From assembly GCA_018398765.1 (NCBI GenBank), contig JAHBMJ010000339.1, positions 1-50,143 of the forward strand: DNA of 50,143 bases, written 5' to 3'. The DNA comes from Chromera velia (Eukaryota). Below the pieces are notes generated by a model that was not told the origin of the DNA, did not search any database, and worked only from the letters and a program-made list of their open reading frames with translations. The position numbers and the translations under genes were made by a program. How positions within the stretch are numbered: the stretch's first letter is position 1; each line of letters opens with the position of its first letter. Positions 23,617 to 37,500 of this stretch are shown here, in pieces.

Positions 23617-24492
23617 TGGTCCCTCCCACTTTGACGACGGATACGAGCCCGTCTCTCTGGGGGGGGAAGAAGCTCTGCTGCACTACTTACTGTCCTTGCT
23701 TGACTGCATGTGATTATTGCCTTGTTGCCCCCCCACCGACTGACTGACCTTTCGGACAAGTCCAAGGATCAGGTTCCGCACGGCAAAGTCCAGCTGGTCG
23801 AGGGCCCTGCGGTGTTCGGGATGGAGAACGTCCCACCCCTGTTGCGCCTCCTCGTCCACCCTCTGGGCCAGGGCCTGGAACCCCGAGATGCCCAGAGACG
23901 GGGCCACCTCGTCTCTCAGCCAGGAAGTGGGCATCAGGGTGTCGTCCCAGTCGAGGATCAACAGAGTCTGCATCTCCAGAGTGACGCCTGTGGAGACGGG
24001 AGAAGAAGAAACTCTCGAGGACGCAGCGGCAGCAGAGTCACAGCTACCTGCGATGCTGCCTGCTACTGCAGCAGCAGGTTTGCCTTGAGACAGGGCTGGG
24101 GAGGGGGGGGCCAGAAAATCTTCTCTTTCCATCTCCTGCTGACGCGAGAGGGCAGCAAGAGACTCAACAGAGGGGGGGGAGAACTCGATAGGTCCTCTGG
24201 TCATCATTCTGTTCTGGTGCTGTGGAGATTTCGAAAAGGGTGCAGGCCTCTTCCCTCCCCCAGTTCTCCTTTGCTTCTTTGCAGGACTGGCACCGTCCTG
24301 ACTGAAGGAAGCAGAGGGAGACTGATGGGGGAAAGCAGACGCACCCGCTCCCTTTTGTTGGTGTGGGGGGGTGCGTCTGGAGGAGTCTCTTTGGCCCTGC
24401 ACTCCTCCTGCACGAGGCTGCTGACGTCTCTTGGCGGATCCAGAGGAGAACCGAGAAGATGAGGGCACGGGCTGAGGCCCCTGCAACCACAT
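22122..24492 (-). CDS. HAD-superfamily hydrolase of the 'DWDDTL.PTSW' type, 539 aa, 4 exons, with disordered N-terminus and acidic C-terminus
   Basis: Minus-strand exons 24492-23749, 23531-23349, 23039-22867 and 22641-22122 splice in phase (1620 nt). HAD motif I LILDWDDTL, motif II VLVTNA, motif III K (NLK-IPAF), motif IV IIGVGDQEGD. Confidence 0.88.
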
Positions 24493-25379
24493 TTATGTAC
24501 AAGAAAAGAGGGGGATAGGCACACAGGAAAATTTCACGAATCACAGGAGGTATTCTCTGTGGTGCACCCAGACCTGCGAAAGAAATAGACCCAAGAAGAG
24601 AAAGTTCAAGATCACCTCACCAGAAAAGATTGGAGCCCTGAAGAAGGAAAGGACTCTGCAAAATCTTGCTGCACCCCAGTGCGCCTAGCCACGGGAACTG
24701 CGGTGGAAGGCCAAACTGTGACAATACCAAAAAAAAGTTACATATACACAAAAATCAATGTACGGAAGAAACGGTTACGCAAGAAAGTGGACTAACCCCT
24801 TTTCCGCTTCGGCACCCGTACGAAACCGCAGCGAAGTTTTCATCTTCAACGGGGGCTCCCATGCCTGCAGAGAGTGAAGAAATGCGGTTTGTCTCGCTTC
24901 CCCTGAGCTTTTTGGACAGAATGTTTCTCTCTCTGTATGTTTTTGCCTCACCTGAGTCACATGAGGGTGGGTGGAAAGCGCCTTGTCCTCCTTCTTGAAG
25001 ACATTCTGTCATCAAACGTTGAGATCCCAAGTCCATATCGGATGCAGAACAAGAGTGCATGTCCATCCTGTTCACCATTTGGAGAGCGGGGGACAGAGAT
25101 CAAGGTTTAATTAAGGAACAGAGACAGAGGGCTCTTATCTGTTGCAGTCTTCAGCAACACTCAACAAAAAGAACCGGTCAACGCGTTTCAACACCGGAGC
25201 TAACGGGCACAGAGTCTTTCAGATGTCTTGCTTCGCTCTTGCAGCACAATGCTTCAAGATGCGATCTCATAGGAGCAGTTCCTGCGTCCTGCGGCTTCCG
25301 AAAAAGAAGTGTACATTTTCTTCTGCAATCAACACGCAATTCAACACGTGCATCTCTCCTGACCGATACGCTTGCGAAG

Positions 25380-25580
25380 GTGTGCGCGTCTCGGCCCAAG
25401 GGCCCGGCCACTTTAAATTGTGCCGGCCGCCGCGGCCCCGGCCGTGACCCCGCGAATCGGCCCGCGAAGACGCGCCCGCGGTGCCATCCTGGAACGCAGA
25501 CACCGGAAAAAAGCAAATTGTTTGACGCTGTGCGGGCCCGATATAGGAGCCCCTTTGCCCTATATAGCTGAGATTGGCCT
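25380..25580. promoter_or_regulatory. GC/CpG-rich bidirectional promoter core between the HAD gene and the giant PH-C2-TBC gene
   Basis: Dense GGCC/CCGG/CGCG cluster at 25392-25482, followed by GATATAGG (25540) and CTATATAG (25560), located between two divergent starts. Confidence 0.6.
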
Positions 25581-25884
25581 CAATCAGTGTGCCGCTGTAC
25601 TAGAGGTCGATCGACTCAAAGGATCTTCTCCAGAGACCTTCTACAGGCATAGTTCCCTTGGCAATTTTGACATTCCAGGGTCTTCGTGAAACGCAAACAC
25701 AAACTGAGTGCGCGGAAGTCCTATTCGATGTCTCTGTGCCTTGCCCTCTTCCAGACTGACTGTGGCATCGGTTTCTGACTGACCTGAATAGATCAGTCGG
25801 TTGAGGTATCGGAGGCAATCGACAAACGCCTTCACAAGAGCACACCACGGAATCATTGTTTTTCATTTAGGGGGCATAGAGGGA

Positions 25885-28800
25885 ATGCCGGTGAGTCTGC
25901 TTCACTGCCTGCTGTGCGCCTATGTCAACATGACCCAAGTGCGGACACAAATGTCTTCTTATGCCCGTGCGTGCATCTTCCTCTCTCTACTTACCTGCAG
26001 GGTTCAAGGAAACTTGAATTCCAGTACGCGGGTAAAAAGAGGCGGGTGGAGGCAGGATGGCTCTCCAGTGTCAGTCGCATTTCTCACCTCCCTGTTTGAG
26101 CCCCCTCTTCAGCAACACATGCGAATACCCTCTCGAGCTTGCATGTGCATATCTTGACTGTACGTATGAGCGCGCAGGTCAGAGACGAGGAGGAGTATCG
26201 GAGGTTGGTGAAGATCTCGATGATGATCGCTGCATCAAAGAGGAAGATTCAGAAGATGAAGGAGGCCCTCAAAGACAAGTCCATGCACCCAGGGGGACTC
26301 GAGAGGGAGATCGAGAGCGAGGAGCAGTATCTCGATAGCCTCGTTAGGGGCCGGGTCGAGGTTGCCGTCTCCTTCGTTCCTTTCGGTCCTCTACCGGGGT
26401 TCGAACCTGCCAAAGCGAACGTTCTATACAAGGCAGGCAGGGGACCCTTTTCGGGCATGGTTCGACGGTACTTCGAGATCTTTGAAGGCAGACTGACTTC
26501 CTTCCGAAAGGATCCCAGCAGTGGAGCACAGCCCCCGAACGAGATGGGAGAAAGGAGGGCGTCTCTCACCCGACACGACTCCATCGGCTCACAAGCGAGT
26601 ACGGGATCGGAGCACGGGGAGAGCACGAAAGTTTACGATCTTCGTGGTCTGAACTTTTCGGAGTCTGTGTCGGTTGAGGACAGAGAGAGTGAGCCTGGGG
26701 TGAACCGAACCGAAAAGTGGCAGAAGGATCCTGCGGGCGGTCTCTACCGCTACCGAGTCGTTCTGCAGACCCCAGCAAGGCAGCATGGTGCGCTGTTTCT
26801 GTACACACAGGACCTTCTTGCTGCCCATTTGTGGGCCCACTCCATCCGTGTCTCTCAGCACATGAGCAGTGCACGACGGCTGGACCTGCTCACCCGTGCC
26901 CTTCAGAAGATCGCGTCTGCGGGGGGTGAGGAGGGGTTTCAGGTCCTGGCCGAAGAGATGGTGGCAGAGAGGGCGAGAAGGCCTGACTACGTCTCAAGGA
27001 GAGAGGCACGGAGGGGGAGCAAATCAACTGCACCTGCTGAAGGTGCAGACGAGGCTGCGGGAGTTCTCTTCTCTCGCATGAAGGCTCTGAGAGGGTTGCA
27101 GGATGCCCTGAGTGACGCAGACGTGAAGTCCCGAGTCCTCGAATCACTCCAGGCAAAGTTCAGAAGATTCAAACAGGTCAGTCAGAAAACGGGCTGAGTG
27201 GCAGAATGTAGGACAGATTGGCAGACACGCAATTGGCAGACAGATGCACTGACAGACACTCTGCTCCCTTCCATCCTTATGCGAGTTCCTCCCTCCCTCC
27301 CTCCCTCCCTCCCTCCCTCCATGCAGGCTCGCGTTGAGAAGAGGGAGTGGGAGGCGTTGATGGATACGTTGTCCCCCGTCTCCCATCTCAAGTCAGTCCG
27401 CTCATCTCTTCCTTGCCTTTCCTTTCCTTTCCGGTTGCTTCATTTCTTCCTTCACCTCCTTTCCTTTCCTTTCTTTCTGCTCCTCTTTTCTAGCTTTCCT
27501 TTACTTCCTTGCCCTGTGCTGTTGATAGTTTGTGCCTGTGTAGTGCGGACAAGTTGTTGGTCTGTCGTATTGGGGGACCTTATGTCTAAATGCTGTCTCT
27601 CTCTGTCTCTGTTTCTTGCAGGAAGGGGCAACAGTTGGACGTCGCATATTCATGCTTCAACGAGTGAGTCTGAGAGGAAAGGAAAAGAGGCAGGAGGGAA
27701 AACGGGAAGATCCAATTTGCCAGCTGCTTTATGCGTAGTCGCATCCAGTTCTCCCTCCCCCCCCCCCCNNNNNNNNNNNNNNNNNNNNNNNNNNNNNNNN
27801 NNNNNNNNNNNNNNNNNNNNNNNNNNNNNNNNNNNNNNNNNNNNNNNNNNNNNNNNNNNNNNNNNNNNNNNNNNNNNNNNNNNNNNNNNNNNNNNNNNNN
27901 NNNNNNNNNNNNNNNNNNNNNNNNNNNNNNNNNNNNNNNNNNNNNNNNNNNNNNNNNNNNNNNNNNNNNNNNNNNNNNNNNNNNNNNNNNNNNNNNNNNN
28001 NNNNNNNNNNNNNNNNNNNNNNNNNNNNNNNNNNNNNNNNNNNNNNNNNNNNNNNNCCCCCCTCTCTCTTTTGTCCTCTGCTTGAGGTTCCGAAGCAGTC
28101 CCGCCTATATGCTCCCCGTGAGTTTTGTTTGTCGTTGCGTCTCTCCCAACCCCTTTGTTTGCTTCGTCTGTCTGTTCATTCCGCCGGCCGGTCCTTGCCT
28201 ATCTGTCCATTTTTGCATGCTTGTTTGTCCGCAGAGCGAACGCGCTAAATCTTCTTTTTGGAGAAGTGGTGGCGACCCAGCTGTTCCTCTCCAACCCCCC
28301 GGCCGACTTCCCAGCATACTCCCCCGTGGACTTCGCGGAAGCTCGTACGACCAACGTTGCTTGCTCTCAGGACTTCCAGCTGCTCTCCTTTGGGGGCGGG
28401 GGGGAGAGAGAGTCTGGGGTGACTGCTGTTCGGTCCTTCATTCAAATGGCTTCGATCTCTTCGGTGATTCTGAACTCGGCTCCTCCTCTCTCAGGGTCCC
28501 CCAAGGGATTCTGGCTGAGTGTGTTGGGCCAGAGACTGCGTCAGTCCCGTGCGGGGGACTGCGGGAAGTTGACCTTGATTTTGGAGGACATCGTGGAGAG
28601 ACTGTGGGTGAAGAAGACAGGAGAGATCAGACCTCCGCTGCAGGCCCTGAGATTGGGAGTCCTCAACGCTCTGACGTCCTCGGACCTCCGTCCCACGCAC
28701 ACACTCCAGGTGGGTCTAGAGAGGCGTGGATTGATGATACTTTTGTGAAGGGAGGAGAAGGAAGGCATTGATGATCTCTCTCTGAAAGATCGATGTTGTC

Positions 28801-28969
28801 ACTTAATTGAGATGGTGTCGAGCTAGGTTGACTCTAGAATCGTTTGCGTGTTTCTACAGCTGCATGCCATATTTTTTTTGTTTTCCCCATGGGTCCATTT
28901 GATTTCTGTCTCTGTGTACTCCAGCGTCCATCCGTCGAAGTCTTTGTTTCTTTGTTTTCTTTCTTTTTT

Positions 28970-29014
<45 letters not shown>

Positions 29015-30352
29015 TCAAGAAGGGATGGAGGGGGAGCTCCCATCCCCCATCACACCTGGATCCGCCCCTTCCCTTTCACCCCACAGCGAGCGCGCAAACA
29101 ATGGGTCCACGTATGACTCACCGTCAGAGCAGGAGTCCTGAGGAGAGAGAAGAGGTTTTAGAGAAGGTTCAAGCAACTGAGCACCGTCGCTCCTTTGGTA
29201 TGGGACTTTGGAGAGTTTCGTTACCGCCGAAAGAGTCCTCCCGCAAGATACGAAGACACAACATCAGAAGAAATCCCCCTCCGCAGGGACGCCCCCCCAC
29301 CCCCCCACCTCTGTCTAAAGAACATGACGGTGCCGGTCCCCACGTGCAGTTTTCTTTTTTCGTTTTGTTGTCATTTTTAATTTTTGTTGGTTTTTCTTGC
29401 CTTGTTTTCTTTTCTTCTCTTTCTTGTCTTGAGTGGAAGCAGCAGAGGAGTAGCGTGTGAAACCAGTGATCACGTGAAAGTCTGTCGGGAGGTGGAGAGG
29501 CAAGGGGCGCTTAACTCTCACCTTTCGGGCCCCCTGCCCACGCTGTTTGATTGTTGGTGCTGTTCTTTTGTCTTTGTTCTTTCTTTCTTTTTGTCTGTTG
29601 TGTTCATGAAGAAAAGAAGGGAGAAGAAGAAACATATAGTCTGTCTGTCTTTCTTTCTTTCTTTCTTTTTTTTTTTATTAAATAAATGCTCTCTCTGTCT
29701 TTTGCACGATTCATTTCGAGACACAGAAGCGGAGAAGCATGGAAGATCTCTTTGTGTCTCTTTGTGTCCGTCCACTCCCATTTCCTCCGTACAGGAGGAT
29801 CAATTGTTCGTCGACAGCGTGAGGGGCCAGATCGACGGCACGAGCATCGTCTCCTTCAGAGTGTACACCACGGACACAAACTACGAGGCAATCAACGCAG
29901 CTCTCGATAACAAAGACAGTCAGTCAGCAGCGGTGGTATCAGAAGTCTTGACATCGCGAGACCGTAAAAAAGAAAATCGCAGAAGATAAAAGAACGCCCA
30001 TTCAGATGCACCATGCAGACGTGAAGAGACAAACATACATGGTGGCAGGCTGAAAGAGATAGGAGAGAAACCCGCGAAACCGTGCTGAGACAGACATAGC
30101 AATGCGTCACTAACAGAAGCAGTGGCGCTTTCCGTTTTTTTTTTTTCGCTTCTCACCCCCTTTCCTTACGACTTTCTGCCGTTTTTCTTCCTTCCTTGAT
30201 ATAAGAACGTCAAAGGGCATGACTCAACTCCAACAGGTGATGTCAAAAGAGTCATTCAATTGATATTCGAAGGGGAAAAAATGAAGGATAAAACCCTTCC
30301 CTCTCCCCTCTTTCTCCCTTCTCTCTCTGTCTCCTTCTCTCTCCTTCTCTCT

Positions 30353-30396
<44 letters not shown>

Positions 30397-31233
30397 AGAG
30401 CTGCTGTCGGACATCCGAGAGGGCATGCAGGATGCCCTGGCAGAGGTCGAGATGGAGGCCAGAGATCTCCCGTTGGTCCGGCAGATCAACACCACAAGCG
30501 CGACTTTGCGTCCTCTTCGGATCTCTGAGGTTGAGAGGGCAGCGGTGGTGCGAATGAGTGTGAGGGCACGTGCGGTCGTCCCTTCACAATTTCTCTCACA
30601 GCTCTCAGGTGAGAGTACAACTGTTCAGAGTTAAATGAGAGAGTGCTTTTCCCTCTGCCTTTCTTTAAACAAACATGCTTAAGGTCTCCCCTCGAATCCG
30701 TTTCCCTTTTGATTGACGGAGCAAGGAAGCATCTCACGAACCGGAATAACAATAGCTCAGGGATCACCATGGTCTGCTCTTGTGTCATTTTGTCGTTTCG
30801 TTTTTGTGAAAGGATCGACTCACCTGTGCGGCACGCATGTTTTTTTAAATTTGTGTTTGCAGCTGACACCCCAGTGATGCTCTGTATGACCCTGATGGGT
30901 GAGGAGTTTATCTCGGAAACGACGACGGCAGGCTCGGCAGGGGGGAGTGGTTTGGAGATTCAGTTGAATGCCTGCGTGGCGGTGCCTGTGGGGGGGAACT
31001 CAAGGAGAGACGCCACCGTCCGGGCGTGGGGGGAACTGACATCGGGGGTCGAAATGGGGTGTCGGATCTGTTCTGTCACACAGGGTCGGTGCTGAGGGGA
31101 CAATGTGTTTCAGACGAGAGTTTGGTTTTCTCGAGTGCTGTCGTTTTTTTTCTTTATGTTTGTTCTGCTTTCTTCATGCAAGTGTCAAAGGGTATCTTTA
31201 GATGATCTCGACGAACTCTTTTTTCATCTTGAA

Positions 31234-31264
<31 letters not shown>

Positions 31265-31278
31265 TCATTCTTTCTTTC

Positions 31279-31334
<56 letters not shown>

Positions 31335-31398
31335 TTTCTTTGTTTGTTTCTTTCTTTCATTCTTTCTTTCTTTCTTTCTTTCTTTGTTTCATTCTTTG

Positions 31399-31430
<32 letters not shown>

Positions 31431-31469
31431 TTTCTTTGTTTGTTTCTTTCTTTCTTTCTTTCTTTCTTT

Positions 31470-31502
<33 letters not shown>

Positions 31503-34500
31503 CTTTTTTTCCTTCTCTCTCTCATGGACCGAATGGCTTCTCTTTTTGGTTTCTCTGCAGTTGCGACGCCAGACTCGATGGCGTCTCCCCAGAATGACCA
31601 GAGCCGCGAGACTCTCCTATACGCCTCACAGCCAGTCTCGGCCTTGGGCGTGCCTTCCCCGACAGAGTCTGTGAAGGCTTTCGATCTGAAATTCCGTTCG
31701 TGGTCGGATCTGGCAGCAGGGGGCAGAGGGGGGTCAGAGGGTAGAGTGGTGATCGAGGCAGTAATGAAGTTGGAAGACGCAAAGAATTTGGAGCACAGAC
31801 AGGTCTCACCTGACTACCTCGGCAGAGGCAGCCCGGGAGCGACGCACACCTCTCACGCGATTGCGTACCTGAACGATTTCGGATCTGGAAACTCCCAGGT
31901 GGGTACATGTGTAGGTGGGGAGGTGGGTTCAGAAGGTGAGAGAAGAGAGCTGACAGAGGAGACGCACAGAAAACAGAGGTACTGCTTGCTTTCAATCATA
32001 CAAAAGAATGCAGAGACGTTTGCTTCTTTTTTGATCGAGATGCCTCAGCTTTGTATGTTAGCCGCAAATTGAGCAGCATCAATCTTTGCCATTCGACCGC
32101 ATGCACTGGGAAGGAATCTGAAATTAAGACGAACAATGGATGAATCGGATGGTAGGATTTCTGATTTGACCTCTCTTGATGCAAAGGTCCCTCCCTGTGT
32201 GGCTTCAGGTGGTCCGAGAGGTGGGCCTGGAAGGATCGGCAAATGGCGAAGAGGTCCCAAACTACCTGCAGGTGCGTCAGTAAAGTGAGAGGAATGGGAG
32301 GAGGGAGGGAGTCAACATTGCTTGCTATGTTTGCCGCAAGTGTTCCTTGCATTGTTCATTTCTTAGATGACAATGCAGTGGTCCTTCCCTACTTTCCGAC
32401 CTTTGCTCTTGATCATCTAGTGGCGATGTGTCTACATTTGCAGATGCCATTGTACCACTGACTCACAGTCGTTTTGGTCAGTCAACAGACACCAGTGCAG
32501 AGGCAAAAACCTCTGATGCGTCTGATTCTGTGTAAGGGAGGCCGACGATAAAGCGTTCCTGCCCGACGAGGAAAGCGCTCGCCCCTGTTTTCACTTCCAG
32601 CGTCAGATTGTCTTGAAGCTATCCGAGATACATTTCTGTCTTTTCTTTGGTGCGTTTGTATGTGTGCTTGTGTTTGCAGATCAATCTGGATTCTCTTTTC
32701 TTCCCTTTGGGCAACGACGGAAAGGGAAACGAGAAGCTATTGTACTTCGTTACCTGCAGAGCAGGATCTGCAGTTGTGTCTTCAGACGCGAGGCATCGCC
32801 TGACTTCTTCCATGGCGGGGTCGAAGGGCGGAGACGGTGAGTTGCCTGCTCTCCTGTTTTTATTTTTCTGTTTTTTTGTTTGTTTTTTGTGTTTGCTGAC
32901 TCATGAGAGAGATCGTATTTCTCATTTCTTTCGTGAGATCGGTGGGTCGAAAGAAAGAAAACGATTGAGTCCTCTTCTCTTCTTTTCTCCTTTTGATCGA
33001 AGTTTTTTCTCTGTATAAACCTTTTTGAACAAACCCGTTAATTGTCTTTTCGCCTCCCCGCCCTTCCCCGCAGCCCCCCCTCTTCCTCGTCGGGGCTCTC
33101 ACGGACGTCGCAGCTCCAGGGACGGACCCGTGGGTTCTTCTGGTGCGGCAGGGCCTACTCAGGTCCTTCCCTTCTGCTCAAAGCTCTTCCTCGAACTCCC
33201 CCCGCACCCGGGGATGTTCAAATCTGTCGATGGCAAAAAGACAGTCGAGGTTGCACTCTGGGAGATGCCCAGACCGGATGTGTGTGATTTTGGAGAAATG
33301 GACAAGAAGGCCAAATATGGAGAACCGAAAAGGCTAGGAAGGGCACTGGTCAACATTGGAAGTTTGTCTCTCAACGAGGCCGGCAGCGAGACCAGACTAC
33401 TCTTCCTTCCAGACAGCTACTACTCGGAGAAACTCAGCGCTCTCGAGTGGTCCCGTCTACAGGCGGTCGGTTCTCTCTTGTCTCTTTGTCTGCTTTGGCT
33501 TTTTATAGAAGAGCAAAGCGGTGTTCAGTGCCCCCCGCCAGAGAAAGATGTTTTCACAAGGACAGGATTGTGGTCTTTCTATATCCATGGACTTGTCCGT
33601 CTGCTTGTTCATGTCTTCATGCCTCTGTCAAAGCGCGTCCGTCTCTGCATATCTTTCCATCTTTTTAGCTGAGGCCTGAAAGAGATGAAATCGCATGTTT
33701 GTATGTCTGTGTGCATCTATCCCTTCCTGGAGTCTCAACTAGATTCCTTTCCTGTCCCGCCTCCCCTCTCCTTCCTTCCTTCCTTCTGCAGAGGGCCCAG
33801 AAGGCCGGGGAGGACCGTTCCTCTTGTGCCCTGACTCTGAGTCTCTGCCTGAGGGACCAACTCTGGGTGATGGCCCACTCGTCTGACGGGAGGGGTGCAG
33901 ACGGCGACGGAGTGCACAGCAGTCTCAGCCAACGAAGGTTCCTGGTGGGAAGCAAACTCCTCCTCATGGTCGAGCAGCCCCAGAGATACCCTGTGGATGC
34001 CAGAGCCTGGAGGCGCCGTGCCCTCCCCACAGGACCCGATCCGGAGGCAAAGGACAAACCTCCGAGACAGTGGAGCGAGAAGGACAGGAAGGTTGGTGCG
34101 TGGATTCGAATGCAGATGATGATGCATGGATTGTGCATGCGCACCTAGAGAAAGAAGTCAGGATACCATGCAATCAGAAGATGACTAGTCTACCAATGAG
34201 AGAGAGGGGACCTTCTTTCGATGAGGAGGGAGGAAAAAGAATAGAAGGAGGACAGAAAAAAAAACTGTAACTGCGTCCAACGGATCTTTCTGGTTTCAAG
34301 AAATTACACCTCGACTTCTTTGTCACTTGTCTGACCCCTTACTGTTTTGCCTCACCCTCCTTTTCCCGCCCCTTTCTTTCCTCCCATTCCTTGTCCTGCC
34401 GTGTCCTGCCCTGCCCCATCAGGCTAACGAGGGAAAGTTGTGGAAAGCCCCTCTGAGAGAACCCGCAACCTCCTGGGAGCTGCGGCAATCGGGCATCGAT

Positions 34501-37500
34501 GCTCCCTTGAAGGTCCAACTGATTCCCGACTACTGCGAAGACGTCATCCCTCACAAGTCAGTCAAGTCACCCTTCCTTTCTTCCCCGCGGAGGCACGCAG
34601 CGAGAGAGAGAGAGAGAGGGGGGGGGTTGAGAGAGAGAGAGAAAGTCTCAAATGTGTGCCGTTTTCGATCACGCTGTTTCACTTTCATCTTTTTCGGCCG
34701 GACAGTTTTGGAACATACGTCTACTACCGCCGTAGAAACGGACTTACAAAATTTCAACGAAAATTTTTTTTACACACGCAGATTTGTGCTGGCGGCATCG
34801 CAACACGACCACGAGGCGCGCCACTGCCCAGGGTTTTGGCACAAAATTTTCGAGGAAGGCGACAGCTCAGGAGGAAAGTTGCATCCAGGCAAAGTCGTGA
34901 CACACGTCTCCAGCCTGTGCAGATGGGTCTGTCAGTCTGCTTTTCTCTCTTCTTTTGCCTCTTTGACTGTTCGCGTGTTTTTTTGTTGCTTTGGGAGCGG
35001 CGGGGAGAAAAGGTACTTACTTTTTGCGAGAGGAAGGAAGGGTAGGGTGGGGTAGGGTACGGATTGAAAGGAGCCGGGAATATTGGGAAAATCAAGTTGA
35101 GTCCTCTTCTGACGAAGGAAGGTTGCCTGTTGTCTCGATCCTTTTCACTCCTTTTTCTACTAAAAAATGCTTTCTCTTTCCTCTCTCAGTCACTGTTTCT
35201 ACTCTTTTTCCTTTCTACACTTTGTGCTTCCCCTCTCTTCTCCCTTGCTCTGCAGGAGCCGGTGAAGTTGATCGCAGTGTACGGCAACTTCACGTGTGAC
35301 GTCGCCATCTCAACCGACCTCGCCGAGCGTCTCTTCAACGAAGCTCGGTCAGCCAGAGCCAAGGGACTCCAACCTCAACTTCCCGGCTACCTGGACTACT
35401 ACAAGAGGATCGTCAGAAGAGTTCACGTGTCCATGGTCGGTCAGCAGACAGAGAAGCAGAACGAATATATGTCACTTTCTTCTCCTCACTTGTATCAGGC
35501 AGGTTAACACAGTCCAACGAACAATTCATGTGCGTAGTTTGAAGGGCTTGACACTGCCGGTTGTTTTGTATGAGAGCGTGAGCTATCGACTTCTCCTGCA
35601 ACTTGTTTGGGTATGTGGGTGAAACTCCTAGCACGGCGAAAAGAACGCGATGTCACCTGATAGCAACCCAACAGGACCTTTCTGTTCGTCCACCTGTGCG
35701 ATGGTCTCTCCGATTCTTTAGCAAGACAGCTGAAGCGCAATGGACAGATCTGAGCAGCAAATGTGCCTCGTAATCTTTCTTTTCAAATGTCTCCTTTTGT
35801 TTGGCTTTGCAGCTGCGGTCGATGTACGAGGCTGGGTTCCACATTTACGATGCCAGCTACAGAAGCACGGACGACGCGACACAGTCAGTCAGCATGGGGA
35901 AGGGGGGGAGATGGTCCCCCCCTCTTGTCTTGATTCGACTCCTCTCCTATGTGAGACCCTCTCTGTCTCTCTCGATCTGCTCCGTTCTCTCGGGACGTCT
36001 CGTGTTGCGCTCGTCATGATTTATTTCTTCGGCAATTTGCTTCACCCTCTCGTTTTAATTTGCTTGTTTGGGTGTTGATACCACCCCTGTATGAGAGACT
36101 CTAGATTCATCTCTCTCTTCTTTTCTTGTCTTGTCTTCTCTGCAGAAATCAGTTCGCGAAGACGCGCATACCCCCGAAGGAGCCTGCCTGCTTTGCGGGA
36201 CCTCTGCCTTTCGATGCCAACCCAACTCTAGTGCCGTACGAGTGGCAGATGGACATCAGGTCAGTCAGTCAGACCTTCCCACCGAATCTTCACCTGTAGC
36301 GAATTCGGAGAGTGGGAAGACTAGTCGCTATCATCCTTTTGTGCAGCCCTATTTCTGTGGTCACCGGTATTCTGTTGCTGTTTCCAGTTGCTTTTCTTTC
36401 ACCTTTCCCTGAATTTGTTTTGGAATCTGATCGAAAGAATTGTCCATCGACTTTCTCTTCCTTCCTTTCGTGCTCTCCATCCCTGGCTGCAGATTCGAGA
36501 CCGAAAAGCAAATGATCGCGTTTGCCAGACACCTGAATCTGGGCGCCCAACAGGCCCATTTCGATGAGTTGATCCGTCTGAGACGGAAGAGAGCAGAGGA
36601 CGCCCAGAGCGGAGCCATGAGACTCTACAGGAGGTTGTGGAAGGAGAGGAGTCTGGCGGCATTGGCAGGGAAGGTGGAGGTTGTGGTTGTGGAAGTTCTG
36701 AACGTCTCTCGGAAGCCGGCAGACAGGAGGGACTCTGCAGAGTGAGTGAGTAGGGCTTTGAAGAACTTCGCATCCTCTTTTTGCTTCCTTCCTTTCTTTA
36801 TTTGACAATCTCTCCTTGACAATCTCTTCTTCTCCCACTACTCTTCCAACTTATGTTCTATTCCCCGAGTCGCCTCAAAGCTCCCCTTCTCTGTGCCCTG
36901 GCCATTCCTTTTCCTGGACACAGACCGAACAGAGCCGAAAATGGAAAAATGGAAATCTTTGCTTGATGCCTTCTGTTTGTAGTCTTCGTGTTAAAAGATA
37001 TCCATTTGTGATCATCAACAAGAAGAGCGACAAACTCTGACTGAGAAGCAGAACTTTCTGATCCCACGCATCTTTCTTCCCTGCAGCGGACAAGCGCAAC
37101 TGCCCTGGCCTTCCAACGGATCGTCGGGGGGCAACCAGGAGAAGAAGGTGAACGCGTCGGTGACCTTCAGACTGAAATTCTCTGGAGACCCTCCGCCAGA
37201 GGACTATGCAGCAGCAACAAACTTCCAGAGAACACCTGTGATTCCGCAATCGAGCCATCCCAGATTCTCACTCGTCTCTGCTCTAAAGGTCGGTCTCTAC
37301 CTAGTTGAGCTTTCTCTTCTCCAATTTGGTACTTGAATTTGACGGCCTTCTCTACGTCTGCGTGTGTAAGTGTGTGTTGATCACTCTGTTGTCAAGGACC
37401 TTTTTTCGCCCTTATCAGCCGTTCGACTTCCCTGGCCGTACACACAGCAAGACTCTTCCTTCGCTTTTGCAATAGACGCCATCACCTTTCGCCTTTCTGG

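Noticed and set aside
27769..28056. A hidden coding exon inside the N gap
   Set aside because: Including exon 27327-27391 makes the gene model splice in phase across the gap. The poly-C flanks suggest a homopolymer sequencing gap. A symmetric exon cannot be strictly excluded.
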